Origin: Rhodosorus marinus CCMP1338
Taxonomy: Eukaryota > Plantae > Rhodophyta
Reading direction: 5' to 3'
Length of the DNA: 64,000 nucleotides
Assembly (NCBI GenBank): GCA_029953675.1
Contig: JAMWBK010000012.1
Location: 1 to 64,000 of the forward strand
Shown here: piece by piece, positions 8,073 through 19,517 of the stretch
How positions within the stretch are numbered: position 1 is the stretch's first letter
How the letters are laid out: every line of letters starts with the position of its first letter
Notes under the pieces: model-generated
Databases searched by the model: none
Told to the model about the DNA's origin: nothing
Seen by the model: the letters and a program-made list of their open reading frames with translations, nothing else
Program-made: the position numbers and the translations under genes

Positions 8073-8945
8073 GTGAGCTTTATTGGGCAGTCGCCTAATG
8101 CGACGTAACACTAAGCCGATTGCTATCTAGGGAATCACTCACAACAACCCCGCTACCGGGGTCTCATGCTACGTTCAAAAGAAAAAACAGGAACCAGTGG
8201 GTTCTCCAACTGGTCCGCACGTAGAGCGCCAAGCGCAATCGCCGCGTTGCCCTGCCATAGGATCCTGTTTAACTGGGATCGTGCATCCCTCAGCTCCTCA
8301 TCTCGATGCAACAAGTGTTTACAACTGTCCCGCAAAAAGTCTTGCGTCAACCTCCCGCTCCGCCCAAAGGTCTCTATCGCGATCGGGATGAACTTCTCCT
8401 CGGGCTTTTCCACACTCATCGCCTCTTTATAGTGCGCGAGCTTGTAGTTCTCCGCCAGTTTCGCTGCATACCCGTTTTCTGCACTGCCACGCCTTATGTA
8501 CTTTTCCTGTAGCGGTGAAATCACCGTCACATCGATCGCGTACTTTTGAAAGGTCTTTGGATGGGTCGCCACGATATCTGGTCGCAGCTGGTAATTCTCA
8601 AAATACCTCTGCGGTTCTTGCTGTATGTCAAGAAAATTCCATCGGTTGAGCCATCTCCCTAGCTCCGTACAGAGCTCGTCGTGCCGTCTCTGCCATAGTC
8701 CCGTCGATGTTGGACAGTGTTGAAATCGTTGCACCCCATTTGGGCCATGTTTCCTACGGCAACTGGTGCACTGCTCCGTTGTCCGCAACCCCGGAATCGG
8801 CAGCCCCAGCAGTTGTCGAACATTTACCTGCAATTCCTGTGAGTCCAGCTTTCTCGGCTCTAGCAACGGTAGTTCCCGCAGCCATACCCCGAACCCGAGC
8901 CGGCCGCCGATCGGATTCTTGCACGGTGTTCATGCGAAACGCCCG
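8073..8945 (-). mobile_element. 5'-truncated family B 3' portion (CCHC + RLE, ORF 8153-8866)
   Basis: CTSC...QHC, RRHD, RPDI..YAIDVTV, FIPIAIETFG; flanked by telomere remnants 8060-8072 and 8946-8967. Confidence 0.9.
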
Positions 8946-8967
8946 CTAACCCCAGACTAACGTAACC

Positions 8968-9684
8968 GCGTACACTTTACTGAAGAACTCCCTATTGGAG
9001 CCCATTAAGAAGCAATAAGGATCCTATTGGTCAGCAAAGAAACCCCTAATGGGTTGTGTGGCTACGTTCTAAGATAGGGACGATGTCATAGTCTGCTTCG
9101 TCGACACGACGTGCCTGGGTGGCAAGGATAGCGTTTCCTTTCCACAAAGTGCGGTTCAAGATCGCCCGAGCCTCACTTACTTGCGTTGCCCGCTGATCCA
9201 GGTGTATAGTCGCTTCCTTGAGGAACTCACTCGCTTGTTGTCCCATCTGCCCAAATGTTTCCAGGCAGAAGGGGACGAAGATGTCGTCGTTATGTTCTCC
9301 GATACTGTCACGGTATTTGGACTCTTTAAACTTTTCCGCTTTCCGTGCCGCATACCCGGTCTCCCAAGACGCTTTGTGGAGGTGTGTTCTTTGCAAAGGC
9401 GAGGTCACCTTCACATCGATCACGTAGAGCTTGCCTGTTCGTGGGTGTCGGGCTAGAATGTCAGGCCGAAGCCGACTGCCTTGGTAGTGTCCGGTCGGTT
9501 CTATTGTCACTTCTAGTCGCCATTGTCTCAGCACTGTCGCCAGGGCGTCCCTGACCATGTTATGCCGAATTGTCCAACTCCCGGTAGAGCTGGTGCAGTG
9601 GTGAAGGCGTTGAATGCCTGCAGCGTCGTGTGGTTGGGAACATATCGTACACGTACCAAGTATTCGTACACCCGGCAGGGGTAA
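8968..9684 (-). mobile_element. 5'-truncated family A copy (717 bp, near-identical to 546-1262)
   Basis: Direct match at offset 8422 with one visible substitution; 3' end at CGTAACC|; 5' end fused to a telomere unit through TAA microhomology. Confidence 0.92.
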
Positions 9685-9724
9685 CCCCAGACTAACGTAA
9701 CCGCGTAAACCCCAGACTAACGTA
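9681..9724. repeat. Interstitial telomere units interrupted by a 5-nt family A 3' terminus (GCGTA)
   Basis: gtaaccccagactaacgtaacc-gcgta-aaccccagactaacgta. Confidence 0.8.
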
Positions 9725-10344
9725 TTCCCAGGGCGGTATAGCAGTGGTCGTAGCTCTGCAGTTGGTGGAGAAAGGCGACAGCTGGGTCTGCTGTGGCCTG
9801 CTCCGCTGCACCCTGTTCCGCATTCCTCTCTGCCTCCTGTTCTGCTCCCCTATGCTGGTGCTGTTGCTGCTGCTGCTGCTGCTGCTCTTGTAGCAGCTCT
9901 TTCGCCCTCTCCATTTCGCGGGTACCCGAGGTGTGTGGGCCCGCGATCACAAGAGGCTCGGGGTACGGCCCGCGTACCTCCTTCACAATCATACTTGTAA
10001 CTTTTTATCAGCTTTTTCCGTCGTTTTCAGGGCGGTATAGCAGTGGTCGTAGCTCTGCAGTTGGTGGAGAAAGGCGACAGCTGGGTCTGCTGTGGCCTGC
10101 TCCGCTGCACCCTGTTCCGCATTCCTCTCTGCCTCCTGTTCTGCTCCCCTATGCTGGTGCTGTTGCTGCTGCTGCTGCTGCTGCTCTTGTAGCAGCTCTT
10201 TCGCCCTCTCCATTTCGCGGGTACCCGAGGTGTGTGGGCCCGCGATCACAAGAGGCTCGGGGTACGGCCCGCGTACCTCCTTCACAATCATACTTGTAAC
10301 TTTTTATCAGCTTTTTCCGTCGTTTTCCACAAACAAAGCCGTCC
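9725..10344 (-). mobile_element. Tandem duplication (period 299 bp) of the 5' end / ORF1 start of a B-related element with a (CAG)n polyQ tract
   Basis: FLHQLQSYDHCYTAL matches B ORF1 FLHQLRSYDQCYHAL; two near-identical units start at 9729 and 10028. Confidence 0.8.
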
Positions 10345-10416
10345 TAACCCCAGACTAACCGTCCTGAAAACGCCCCCGAGACTAACGTAACCGTAAGCTT
10401 TACTAACCCCAGACTA
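10345..10416. repeat. Cluster of telomere remnants with a 12-nt B-type 3' terminus (gtaagctttact); inner edge of the dense distal array
   Basis: ctaaccccagactaacc ... gagactaacgtaacc|gtaagctttact|aaccccagacta. Confidence 0.8.
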
Positions 10417-10549
10417 TGTTCAATGCTTCAATCCACAAGTTCACTCAATCAACGAACTGTCAAATCAATCTCCCCAAAACTATATTCTGCGGAATTGAAT
10501 ATTGATCATTTCTGAGCATTGACAGACTGTCACCACAATTTAATGGTTT

Positions 10550-10792
10550 TTCTATATGCACAATGAATTTTTGTTTAATCCGTGGAGACTGAAGGAAAAA
10601 CCAGGAGGGAAAAAAGACTAAGCGCGCCGAAGATCGCGCGCCTCCAACATCAAAGCAGCGGTCACACGCCACAGCCAGAAACTTAAACGGGTAAACAACG
10701 ACGAAAGGCGGTCAGGGCGTTCGCGGTTAATAATTCCCGCAGCCAACGAGAACCAACGGAATCCGTAAACCTGTAGAACCGTTTGAGCCGAT
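10550..10792 (-). mobile_element. 3' remnant of family E RLE element
   Basis: Homologous to 61370-61630, 43330-43670, 12130-12270 and 63715-63870 (DSVGxRWLREL..., 3' UTR ending gattaaac). Confidence 0.65.
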
Positions 10793-10818
10793 GCTTTGTG
10801 TGCACCTTACATGAGGTG

Positions 10819-11397
10819 TTACGCTGCGTTCCCTAATTCGTTACAGAAATTTTCCACGGTGCAGGCATATCGGAACGGTTTGTTCGTGTCTGTTATTCGG
10901 CACGGTTGCGGGGTATCTACGGATGGCGCCAAATACCCCCGTATAGCCTTTCCACGGTCCGTTAATACGGCAAACGCGAGAACTTCAAGAAGCCCACAGC
11001 ACGAGGCTTCCCTTTCAACGACCTGATGGATCCGCTCAGGACAGAGCCGCATTGACGCTTTCCCCACAGTTCCGACCGACTTCCTCCTTGTGAACCTCTC
11101 CTTTCCGGAAGGAAGCTGATTTCCCGCTGTAAAGATTCCGGCTCTGAGCTTTTCAAGCCTCAGAGTAGTCCTCTCCAAAGCAGAAAAAGTCGCCAGGAAG
11201 CAGCGTCTTTTCTTCCCATCTTCAACTGTAAGACTTACCGTCCCCAGCAAAGTACCATTTCTTGCCACGAGGAGAGCACGTAGTTCTTTAGTTTCGTAGG
11301 ATACTTTCTCCAACTGAGCAGCGCACGTTGCCGGCGCGGACCACGCCGTGTCCAAAAGCGCCAGGCTCAACGCAACAAGGATGATAACTCTCATCAT
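10819..11397 (-). CDS. Secreted Cys-containing protein, 192 aa (paralog of the 18373-19517 gene; lacks the C-terminal anchor)
   Basis: Signal peptide MMRVIILVALSLALLDTAWSA; clear homology to the N-terminal ~185 aa of the 19517 ORF. Confidence 0.8.
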   Translation of the reverse strand: MMRVIILVALSLALLDTAWSAPATCAAQLEKVSYETKELRALLVARNGTLLGTVSLTVEDGKKRRCFLATFSALERTTLRLEKLRAGIFTAGNQLPSGKERFTRRKSVGTVGKASMRLCPERIHQVVEREASCCGLLEVLAFAVLTDRGKAIRGYLAPSVDTPQPCRITDTNKPFRYACTVENFCNELGNAA

Positions 11398-11708
11398 ATC
11401 ACGCGCAAGACTCGACGATGCTAATCCGATTCGTGCCTCTGAGTGCTCTGGAATTCGCTACCCTCTCGTCCAAAAGTCTTCCCTCGCAGAAGCTAAACAA
11501 GCTCTCAGCTCCAGCCTAACCGTATTACCTTTCACGGGAGTGAGACCTTGCCCTTCCCCGCCATCTTCCTCCGCAGACAATTACCGTATATGTACTGAAC
11601 GAATGTGTTTGTTGGGAGACTAAGAAAGAACTTCGAGGTGGAAAAAGCCTAATACTGGCCAAATTCACGTGAGTCCGGAAAATACTGGCGTATTCCAAAG
11701 CCACCAAC

Positions 11709-11805
11709 TTTCGGATAGAAAGTTTTTCGGATAGAAAGTTTTTCGGATAGAAAGTTTTTCGGATAGAAAGTTTTTCGGATAGAAAGTTTTTCAGATAGAA
11801 GATTT
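11709..11805. repeat. Minisatellite, 16-bp unit CGGATAGAAAGTTTTT (~6 copies)
   Basis: Direct tandem copies; absent from the paralogous upstream region at 19.6-19.9 kb. Confidence 0.9.
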
Positions 11806-12109
11806 CACATGGGAAATTCCAGGGAGAAGGATAAACAGCCAACGGACAAAAAATTCAGCTCCAACCTAACCGGGTTACCTTTCACACATCTTCCTCCGCA
11901 GACAATTACCGTATATGTACTGAATGAACGTGTTTATTGGGAGACTGAGAAAGAACTTCGAGGGGAAAAAGTCTAATACTGGCCAAATTCAGGAGACTCC
12001 GGAAAATACCGGCGTATGCCAAAACCACCAGCTTAAAGGCGTCCCAAAAACTGGTCCCTGTGGATACGGTGCTTGAAAACTGCAGTCTGCAGTCTGCAGT
12101 CTCTTAGAT

Positions 12110-12270
12110 GGCTTTATTGGCTTTATTGCGCTACGAACGAATGGTTTAATCGGAGGCTGAAAAAAAAACCCCGAGGGGAAAAAAAGACTAAGCGCGGCGA
12201 AGTACTCGCGCCTCCAACATCAAAGCGGCATTCATGCGCCACAGCAGGAAACTTAAGCGGCTAAACAACG
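12110..12270 (-). mobile_element. 3' remnant of family E with an (AATAAAGCC)2-type tail
   Basis: Homology to other E ends; gctttattggctttattg on +. Confidence 0.65.
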
Positions 12271-12288
12271 ATTGAAAACCCCCTGATT

Positions 12289-13071
12289 GCGCTACGCAAG
12301 GCGTGAAAAGGAACTAAGAACTAGGTAGGGAAGCGTGCAAACCCAGGCGCCTAAGGCAAGCATGCTACTCAAATATCGCCACAGAGAGACACTTAAACGC
12401 CGCAAAAGTTCCAAGTATTCCACAGGATGGCTTTATTGGCATAGCCTGAAGCGCTACGCAAGGCGTGAAAAGGAACTAGGAACTAGGTAGCGAAGCGTGC
12501 AAACCCAGGCGCCAATGGCGCGCCTCGGCAAGCATGCTACTCGAATATCGCCACAGATACACACTTAAACGCCGCAAAAGTTCCAAGTATTCAACAGGAT
12601 GCTCAGTAAAACATTTCCGCAACCACTCCAAACCCGATTTCTCCACGTGACCAAAGCTTTCCACAATGAAAGGCTGGAATCGGTGGCAGCGACCCTCAGC
12701 GCGAGGCAGACTGGCTATACTCTCAGCATAGCGTCGTTCCTTCACGCGTCGAAGGGCCGAAACCGCTGCTCCCCGGCGGCGGGCGGCAGCCGTGAGATGG
12801 GCGCTTACCACAGGGCATGTAATCGCCAGGTCAACATATGCCGATCGTCTGGCGGCAGCATCGGAGACGAGGACATCTGCGATGCAACGGGGCGGTGCCC
12901 TATCCGAGACCGATCTGGATAGTTCCGATTCCGCCTCAACCGTATGCCCTACCCGAGTCAAACATTCGCTGAGAATGTACTTGAAGCGAGTGTGACGCCT
13001 CGTACGAAGACCTCTCAACAGTCCGCATGAACCTAAGAAGTGGTAACCACAAGCATCGATCCGACTCTCAC
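12289..13071 (-). mobile_element. Two stacked 5'-truncated family C 3' fragments (RLE ORF 12476-13018)
   Basis: GLRTRRH, CIADVLV, YVDLAIT, FQPFIVESFG; 3' UTR homologous to other C copies. Confidence 0.85.
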
Positions 13072-13129
13072 AGGGGAGTTAGGGGAGGTCGTGCTAACGC
13101 GAATCTCCCCATGGTCAGAAATTAAGCCG

Positions 13130-13800
13130 TCGATAGTCACAGAGGTAGCAAGGCCTCCCAGCAAGGTTTCCAGGTGTTATCTGGTCATGGTATCCGCCTC
13201 CCGTGCCAGGCTGCGGCCGAACGGGTAGGCTAGGCATCGTAGAATAGTGCATTTTGTTGAGTTGCAGGCGGGCCCCAAGTGCAGGGAGCATAGTTCGGCT
13301 CCAGCCTAGTGCTTGCTTCAGTTCCTGGGTCCCACGATGGTAATATCGTCATGGATAGCGACTATCGATAGATCGGAGAACTTTGTTCGCAGAGCCTTTT
13401 TTTTTTTTATAGGAACGGTGCGAGGGCTAGTGCATGTAGCACCGGCCCAAGCGGGTCACCCTGTTGCACTCCCGTAGCTGCTTGGAGCGTCAGTCGTGAG
13501 TACTCCGTTTGGTTCTCTCCAGGTGCAGAGCGCCAGCCGAAAAGCGTCGGCGAGTCCGCTGCGTCGCTTCCGTATCCAAGCCTGTAAACCGCTGCGAGCT
13601 CCGGAAAGTGCTGGTCCACGAGTTTCTTGGCGAGGCGTCGATCAATCCTGTTGAATGCATTCTCGAGGTCAAGCCTAAGGACCACCGCTTCTAGTTCGCA
13701 TGACAGATGGGCTTGGATCGCGTGAAGTGAGCGTTCGCATCCGCCACTGACTCCGATCCTTAGTTGTAATGGCACCATGAGCGTGCGCACCCTGTCGTAA
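13130..13800 (-). pseudogene. Decayed family B-type RT fragment
   Basis: LRLDLENAFNRIDRR, GVQQGDPLGP and IHDD, with internal deletions and a long T run near 13400. Confidence 0.8.
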
Positions 13801-13802
13801 CC

Positions 13803-14400
13803 GTAAGCTTTACTGGGCAACTGCTTAATGCAGCGTAACACTACTGCTAACACTATCTAGGGAAATACTTGCCCGAACCCCGCTACCGGGGTCTCATGCT
13901 ACGTTCAAAAGAAAAAAGAGGGACCAGTGGATTCTCCAACTGGTCCATGCGCAAAGCGCCTAGGGCTATCTCTGCATTACCTCGCCATAATTGCCTGTTG
14001 ATCTGTGATCTTAACATCGCTCAGTTCCTCGCTCCTGTGCAAAAGGTGTTTGCAGCTCTCCCGCAGAAACTCCTGTGCCATCTGTCCCGTCCGCCCAAAT
14101 GTTTCCACCGCAATTGGGATGAACTTGTCATCCGGATGTTCCAGGGTCATCACTTCCTTGTAGTGCGCTTTCTTCCACCTCTCCGCACATCTTGCTGCAT
14201 ATCCATTCTCCGCCTCACTACGCCTCAGATATTTCCCTTGCAGAGGAGACACGACCGTCACGTCTAGAGCATACCGCTGAAATGTCCTCGGATGCGTAGC
14301 AATGATATCCGGTCTTAGTCGGTAGTTCTCGAAGTACCCCTCCGGTTCTTGCTTGATGTCGATGAAATTCCAGCGATTCAGCCATCGCGCCAGCTCCGTA
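13803..14400 (-). mobile_element. 5'-truncated B-subfamily 3' portion (RLE) joined at CGTAACC|
   Basis: FIPIAVETFG; 3' UTR variant gtaagctttactgggcaactgcttaatgcagc. Confidence 0.85.
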
Positions 14401-14427
14401 CAGATTTCGTCATGCCTTCGCTGCCAA

Positions 14428-15742
14428 TTCGGGCTCAGCTCGCTCTACCTTTGCGATTAGGTGGATTTGGTGTTGCAGACCGTGGGCTCGTATGCTCGCC
14501 TGCGGCGATCGCCTCCTGGGCTACCGCGCTTTGTACCTTCGTGAGTTTTCGGATGCGGAGTGCCTGCCTTTTGGCTCGAGCACTGACTAGCGAAGACCCT
14601 GTGACCCTTCCGCCCCCGCTTTTGAATATCTATGATGGTCTGCAACAAGCGTTCAGTAAGTGCAACGCCGTGCCGGACGGGAATCGATCCAGATTTCGCT
14701 CCTGGAAGGAGCTGTTGTGGGGACGAGCGGAGGCGAGCGAGGACTCTCCCATCGACAGAGTACTCGCCGACGAGGGAAGTTAATCCCGGGTCACCGGTTG
14801 CAGAGTACCCGGGTCTGAGCCGATCGTGGAGTTCACGCACTGATGTGATTCAACATAGCCTCACCTGGGGCCAACACAGTGCCGCTCACGCAATCTTGCG
14901 CAACTCTCCCCTCACACCGCCTACCACCGCTGCTCGCCTCCGCGGCATGGGAGTCCATCTATCGCACTTGTGGTTAACCACGATGCCATCGTCACTGGGT
15001 CACCGTCTCGATGCCTTCCAGTTCCGCTCTGCCGCACGGATCTACCTGGGTTTGCCGCGAGCTTCGTGGAACTCTAATCGGCCGTCTTTCTGTCAGGGAT
15101 GTGAGAGTCGGATTGATGCTTGTGGTTACCACTTCTTAGGCTCATGCGGATTGTTGAGAGGTCTTCGTACGAGGCGTCACACTCGCTTCAAATACATTCT
15201 TAGCGAAAGTTTGACTCGGGTAGGGCACACGGTGGAGGTGGAATCGGAGCTGCCCAGATCGGTCTCGGAAACAGCGCCGCCCCGCTGTATCGCAGTTCTT
15301 CTTGTCTCCGACGCTGCCGCCAAACGCTCAACATATGTGAACCTCGCGATTACATGCCCTGTTGCCAGCGCCCATCTCCCTGCTGCCGCCCGCCGCCGGG
15401 GGGCAGCCGCTTCTGCCCTTCGCCGCGTGAAGGAACGACGGTACGCTGAGAGTAGGGCCAGCCTGCCTTGTGCAGAGGGTCGCTCACACCGGTTCCAGCT
15501 TTTCATAGTGGAAAGCTTTGGCCACGTGGAAAAGTCGGGTTTGGAGTGGCTCCGGAAATGTTTTGCTGAGCATCCTGTTGAATATTTGGAACTTTTGCGT
15601 CGTTTAAGCTTCTCTCTGTGGCGCTACTCGAGCAGCATGCTTGCTCAGGCGCGCCATAGGCGCCTGGGTTTGCACGCTTCCCTACCTAGTTCTTAGTCCC
15701 CTTTCACGCCTTGCGTAGCGCTTCAGGCTATGCTAATAAAGC
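14428..15742 (+). mobile_element. 5'-truncated family C copy (thumb, CCHC, RLE; frameshifted)
   Basis: LPLRLGGFG, CQGC...HFLGSC, IVESFG; 3' end GCTATGCT-AATAAAG. Confidence 0.88.
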
Positions 15743-15773
15743 GGTCATCACTAGTTAAGATCAAAGTCTAGCT

Positions 15774-17743
15774 GAGGGGAGAGCCTCCCCTACTTGACAA
15801 CGGAGGGCACAGTTTTTCAAGCACATACTGGCGTCCAACAAGGCGACCCTTGCGGACCTCTTCTTCATGCCTGTGCCCTACAGCTCGTACTTTTACGTCT
15901 TTCGACTGAGGTCTCGGATCTTCGAATCTGCGCGTACCACGATGACGTAACATTGCTGGGCACCCCTGACACCCTGGCTAGGGGACTGACCGCGATCGAA
16001 GCGATTGCACGTCGCGTCGGTTTGACTGTGGAAACAGAAAAATGTCGCTTTCTCCCCCCTAGGGACGTGTCGCTGAATTCTCTGCCACCCACTCTGCGAC
16101 TAATCAGCGAACGTGAAGGGTTCGTCGGCGTCGGATTGGGGACTGACAACTTTGTCCAAGCATCCTGCGAGCGAGTTTTGGCACGGCACAAGCAACTCAC
16201 CGACGCCATTGAGCACCTACCCGACAGCATGCTGCAATCGGCCTGCTTGCTTTCCCGCTTTTGTGCCGGTCCCAGACTCAACTACTGGTTGCGCAGCCTG
16301 CCTCCAGCTTGGGGCTCGTGGATCGCGGCTAAAGCCGACGAAATGACCCTGCAACACTGGGGAACGCTCTTGGATGAGCCCCTCGATCTTGAAGCTGCTC
16401 CCGACAGGGACTTAATTCGTGCACAGATCGCTCTACCGTTGCGATTAGGGGGATTCGGCGTCGCAGACCGTGGGCTGGTATGCTCGCCAGCGGCGGTTGC
16501 CTCCTGGGCTACCGCGCTGCGAACGTTGGTGACCTTCCAGATGCGAAGTGCCTGCCTCTTGGCTCGAGCTTTGACCAACGAGGATCCAGTGAGCCTGCCG
16601 CCCCCGCTTTTGACAATTTATGATGGTCTTCAACACGCGTTCAGGAGGTGCAACGCCGTGCCGGACGCAAATCGGTCCCGCTTTCGTTCCTGGAGGGAGC
16701 TGGTATGGGGACGAGCAGAAGCGATTGAGGATTGTCCCCTCGACCGAGTTCTTGCCGATGACGGAGAGGCTAGCCCCGGGTCACCTGTTGCAGACTACCC
16801 GGGTTTGAGCCGATTGTGGAGCTCCCGCGCTGATGTGATTCAACATAGCCTCACCTGGGGCCAACACAGTGCCGCTCACACAGTCATGCTCAATTCTCCT
16901 CTCACGCCGCCTACCACTGCCGCTCGTCTCCGCGGCATGGGAGGCCACCTCTCGCACTTGTGGTTAACCACTCTACCGTCGTCATTGAGTCATCGTCTCG
17001 ATGCTTTCCAGTTCCGTTCTGCCGCACGGATCTATCTCGGTTTGCCACAGGCTCCGTGGCACTCTAATCGGCCGTCTTTCTGTCAGGGATGTGAGAGCCG
17101 GATTGACGCTAGTGGCTACCACTTCCTGGGTTCCTGCGGACTGTTGCGAGGTCTCCGTACGAGGCGTCACACTCGCCTCAAGTACATCCTCAGCGAATTT
17201 TTGACTCGGATAGGGCATACGGTTGAGGTTGAGTCGGAACTGCCCAGATCCATCTCGGACTCTTCACCGCCCCGTTGTATAGCCGATCTCCTCGTCTCCG
17301 ACGCTGCTGCCAGACGCTGAACACGGACCTTGCGATTACCTGCCCCGTGGCCAGCGCCCACCTCACCGCAGCCGCCCGCCGCCGGGGGGCCGCGGCTTCA
17401 GCCCTTCGAAGAGTTAAGGAACGACGGTATGCTGAGAGCATGGCCAGTCTGCCCTGCGCTGAGGGTCGCTCTCACCGGTTCCAGCCATTCATTGTGGAAA
17501 GCTTTGGTCACGTCGATAAGTCGGGTTTAGAGTGGTTGCGGAAATGTTTTGCTGAGCATCCTACCGAATATTTGGCGCTCTTGAGGCGTTTAAGTGTCTC
17601 CCTTTGGCGATATTCCAGCGACATGCTTTCCGAGGCGCGCCATCGGCGCCTGGGGTTGCATGCTTCCCTCCCTAGTTATTAGTTCATCTTCACGCCTTGC
17701 GTAGCGCTTCAGGCTATGCTAGTAAAGTCCAGTAAAGTCCAGT
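15774..17743 (+). mobile_element. 5'-truncated family C copy (RT-RLE; ORFs 15794-17320 and 17275-17682) with (AGTAAAGTCC)n tail
   Basis: GVQQGDPCGP and AYHDDV; highly similar to 26481-28531 and 47251-49240. Confidence 0.92.
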
Positions 17744-18372
17744 TTAATGTGCCAAAGGTGGGATTAATGTGCCAAAGGTGGGAAGAGATCTCTCTGCTGC
17801 GAGGAGCAAACACTCGTATACTGCATTCTAAATACGTCGAAGTTTTCAAAGGGATATGTGTGGTTATCGAAATAGGGAATCACCCGGAATCATCCTCGTC
17901 CAATTGTAGGTCGCGTCCCGCTTCATTGTAGTTGCTGGACGAGCGAAACTGTTGATCTTCAAACAAATCAGCGGCAAATTGGGGTGGTTTGATGGTACGG
18001 AGATTGCTTTCGTTGCGCTATAGAACTTAGGCTTCGACGCAGACACAAGTTTGGTTGTCCACCGGGGGAAGCGTGAGTTTCGGAACCTGTATCAGAACGC
18101 GTAGAAATAAGGAGGGGCATGAACTTAACTTCACCAGTTTCCTTCCGCGACGGGGTAGGAAACTCTACGCTGAGGCAGCTAATGCTTGACGTCAACAACG
18201 ACGAGAAGATACTTACGGAACCCTCCGGACAATTCGAACAGCCGCTCGCACAAAAACATGCGCCATTTCTTTGCCTCAAGGGGACCTATGCGAGTGGAAA
18301 AGGAGGACATAATGGCTCAATGTGAGCGACTAGATCTCTGTACCAGTCTAGCGGTATGATCGGCTTCTCCCC

Positions 18373-19517
18373 CTACCCATGAGATATTAGGGCATATGGT
18401 GCTCGGCGTGCCACTTGCAACACAGCGATTAATGATATCACCACTAATGCTAACAGTGGCAAAGCAGGTATCAGGCGGGCAGGGGTATTGACATTCACAG
18501 AGCCCGTCGGAATCCTCTCCAAGAACCTGGACAAGAAAACGGCGGTATAAAACATTCTTCTTAGGTCTGTAATGTATTCATTTACCCTTTCTTTCGGCGT
18601 GCTCGTAAGGACCCGGAACGTACTGCAATATCAGAATCTGCACATCTTTCCTTCACTTTTGAAGCACCTTCGATACAGGCATAAAGCCCGTCTACCGGAT
18701 CGATGCACTGCGTTTCTGGGCAGGTAACGCATTCACATGCCTCTGTTACGGAGTTCGCCACAGCAACCTAAGCGGAACACGAGCACAGGGGGCTTACGAT
18801 TCACAAACTGGTCCGCCTTGTTTCGCTTGGAGTCGGCGCGAGAGGAAGCAGAAGAGCAGTTGTACAGACCTGAGGATATGGACAATACTTCGACGTTGCC
18901 GTCCTGGTGGTTACGCAGGTCCCAGAATCTTCCTTGCAGGTGTTCGAGGGACAGTTGTGACAGAAATTTTCCACGGTGCAGACATATCGGAACGGTTTCT
19001 TTTTCTCTGGTATTCGGCAGTTTTGAGTGGTATTTTCGGATGGCGCCAAATACCCACGTACAGCCGTTCCACCGTCATTGAACACGGCAAACGCAAAAAA
19101 CTCAAGTAACCCACAGCACGAGGAGTCCGACTCACCGCGCGGGATCCTGTCAGGACAGATGTCCATTTTCATCCTCAGGACATTTAAGGGCGCAGTTACC
19201 AACTTCCTCTTTGTGAACCTGTTCTTTCCAGTAGGAAGGGGCTCTCCCGCCGTAATGATTCCTGCTCTGAGCTTTCTAAGGCCCACATTAGCTCTCTCCA
19301 CGGTAAATACCGCTCGAAAGCAGCGACTTTCCTTCCTCTCCACAACTGACAAATTTACCGTCCCCAGCATAGTACCGTTTCTTGCCAGGAGGTTAGCATG
19401 TAGTGGTTTAGAATCGTAGAACACACTCTCCAACGCATCAGCGCACGTTGGCGGCGCGGACCACGCCGTGTCCAAAAGCGCCAGGCTCAACGCAACAAGA
19501 ATGATAACTCTCATCAT
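18373..19517 (-). CDS. Predicted 3-exon, 327-aa type I membrane protein (exons 19517-18870, 18767-18586, 18526-18373)
   Basis: Signal peptide; GT-AG introns of 102 and 59 nt keep the frame (phases 0 and 2, checked by hand); exon 2 is Cys-rich; exon 3 holds the hydrophobic helix LIPALPLLALVVISLIAVLQV. Confidence 0.75.

Noticed and set aside
15750-15775. TAAGATCAAAGTCTAG resembling U2 snRNA (Utopia-like target)
   Set aside because: Short, imperfect match seen at only one junction; better treated as filler.
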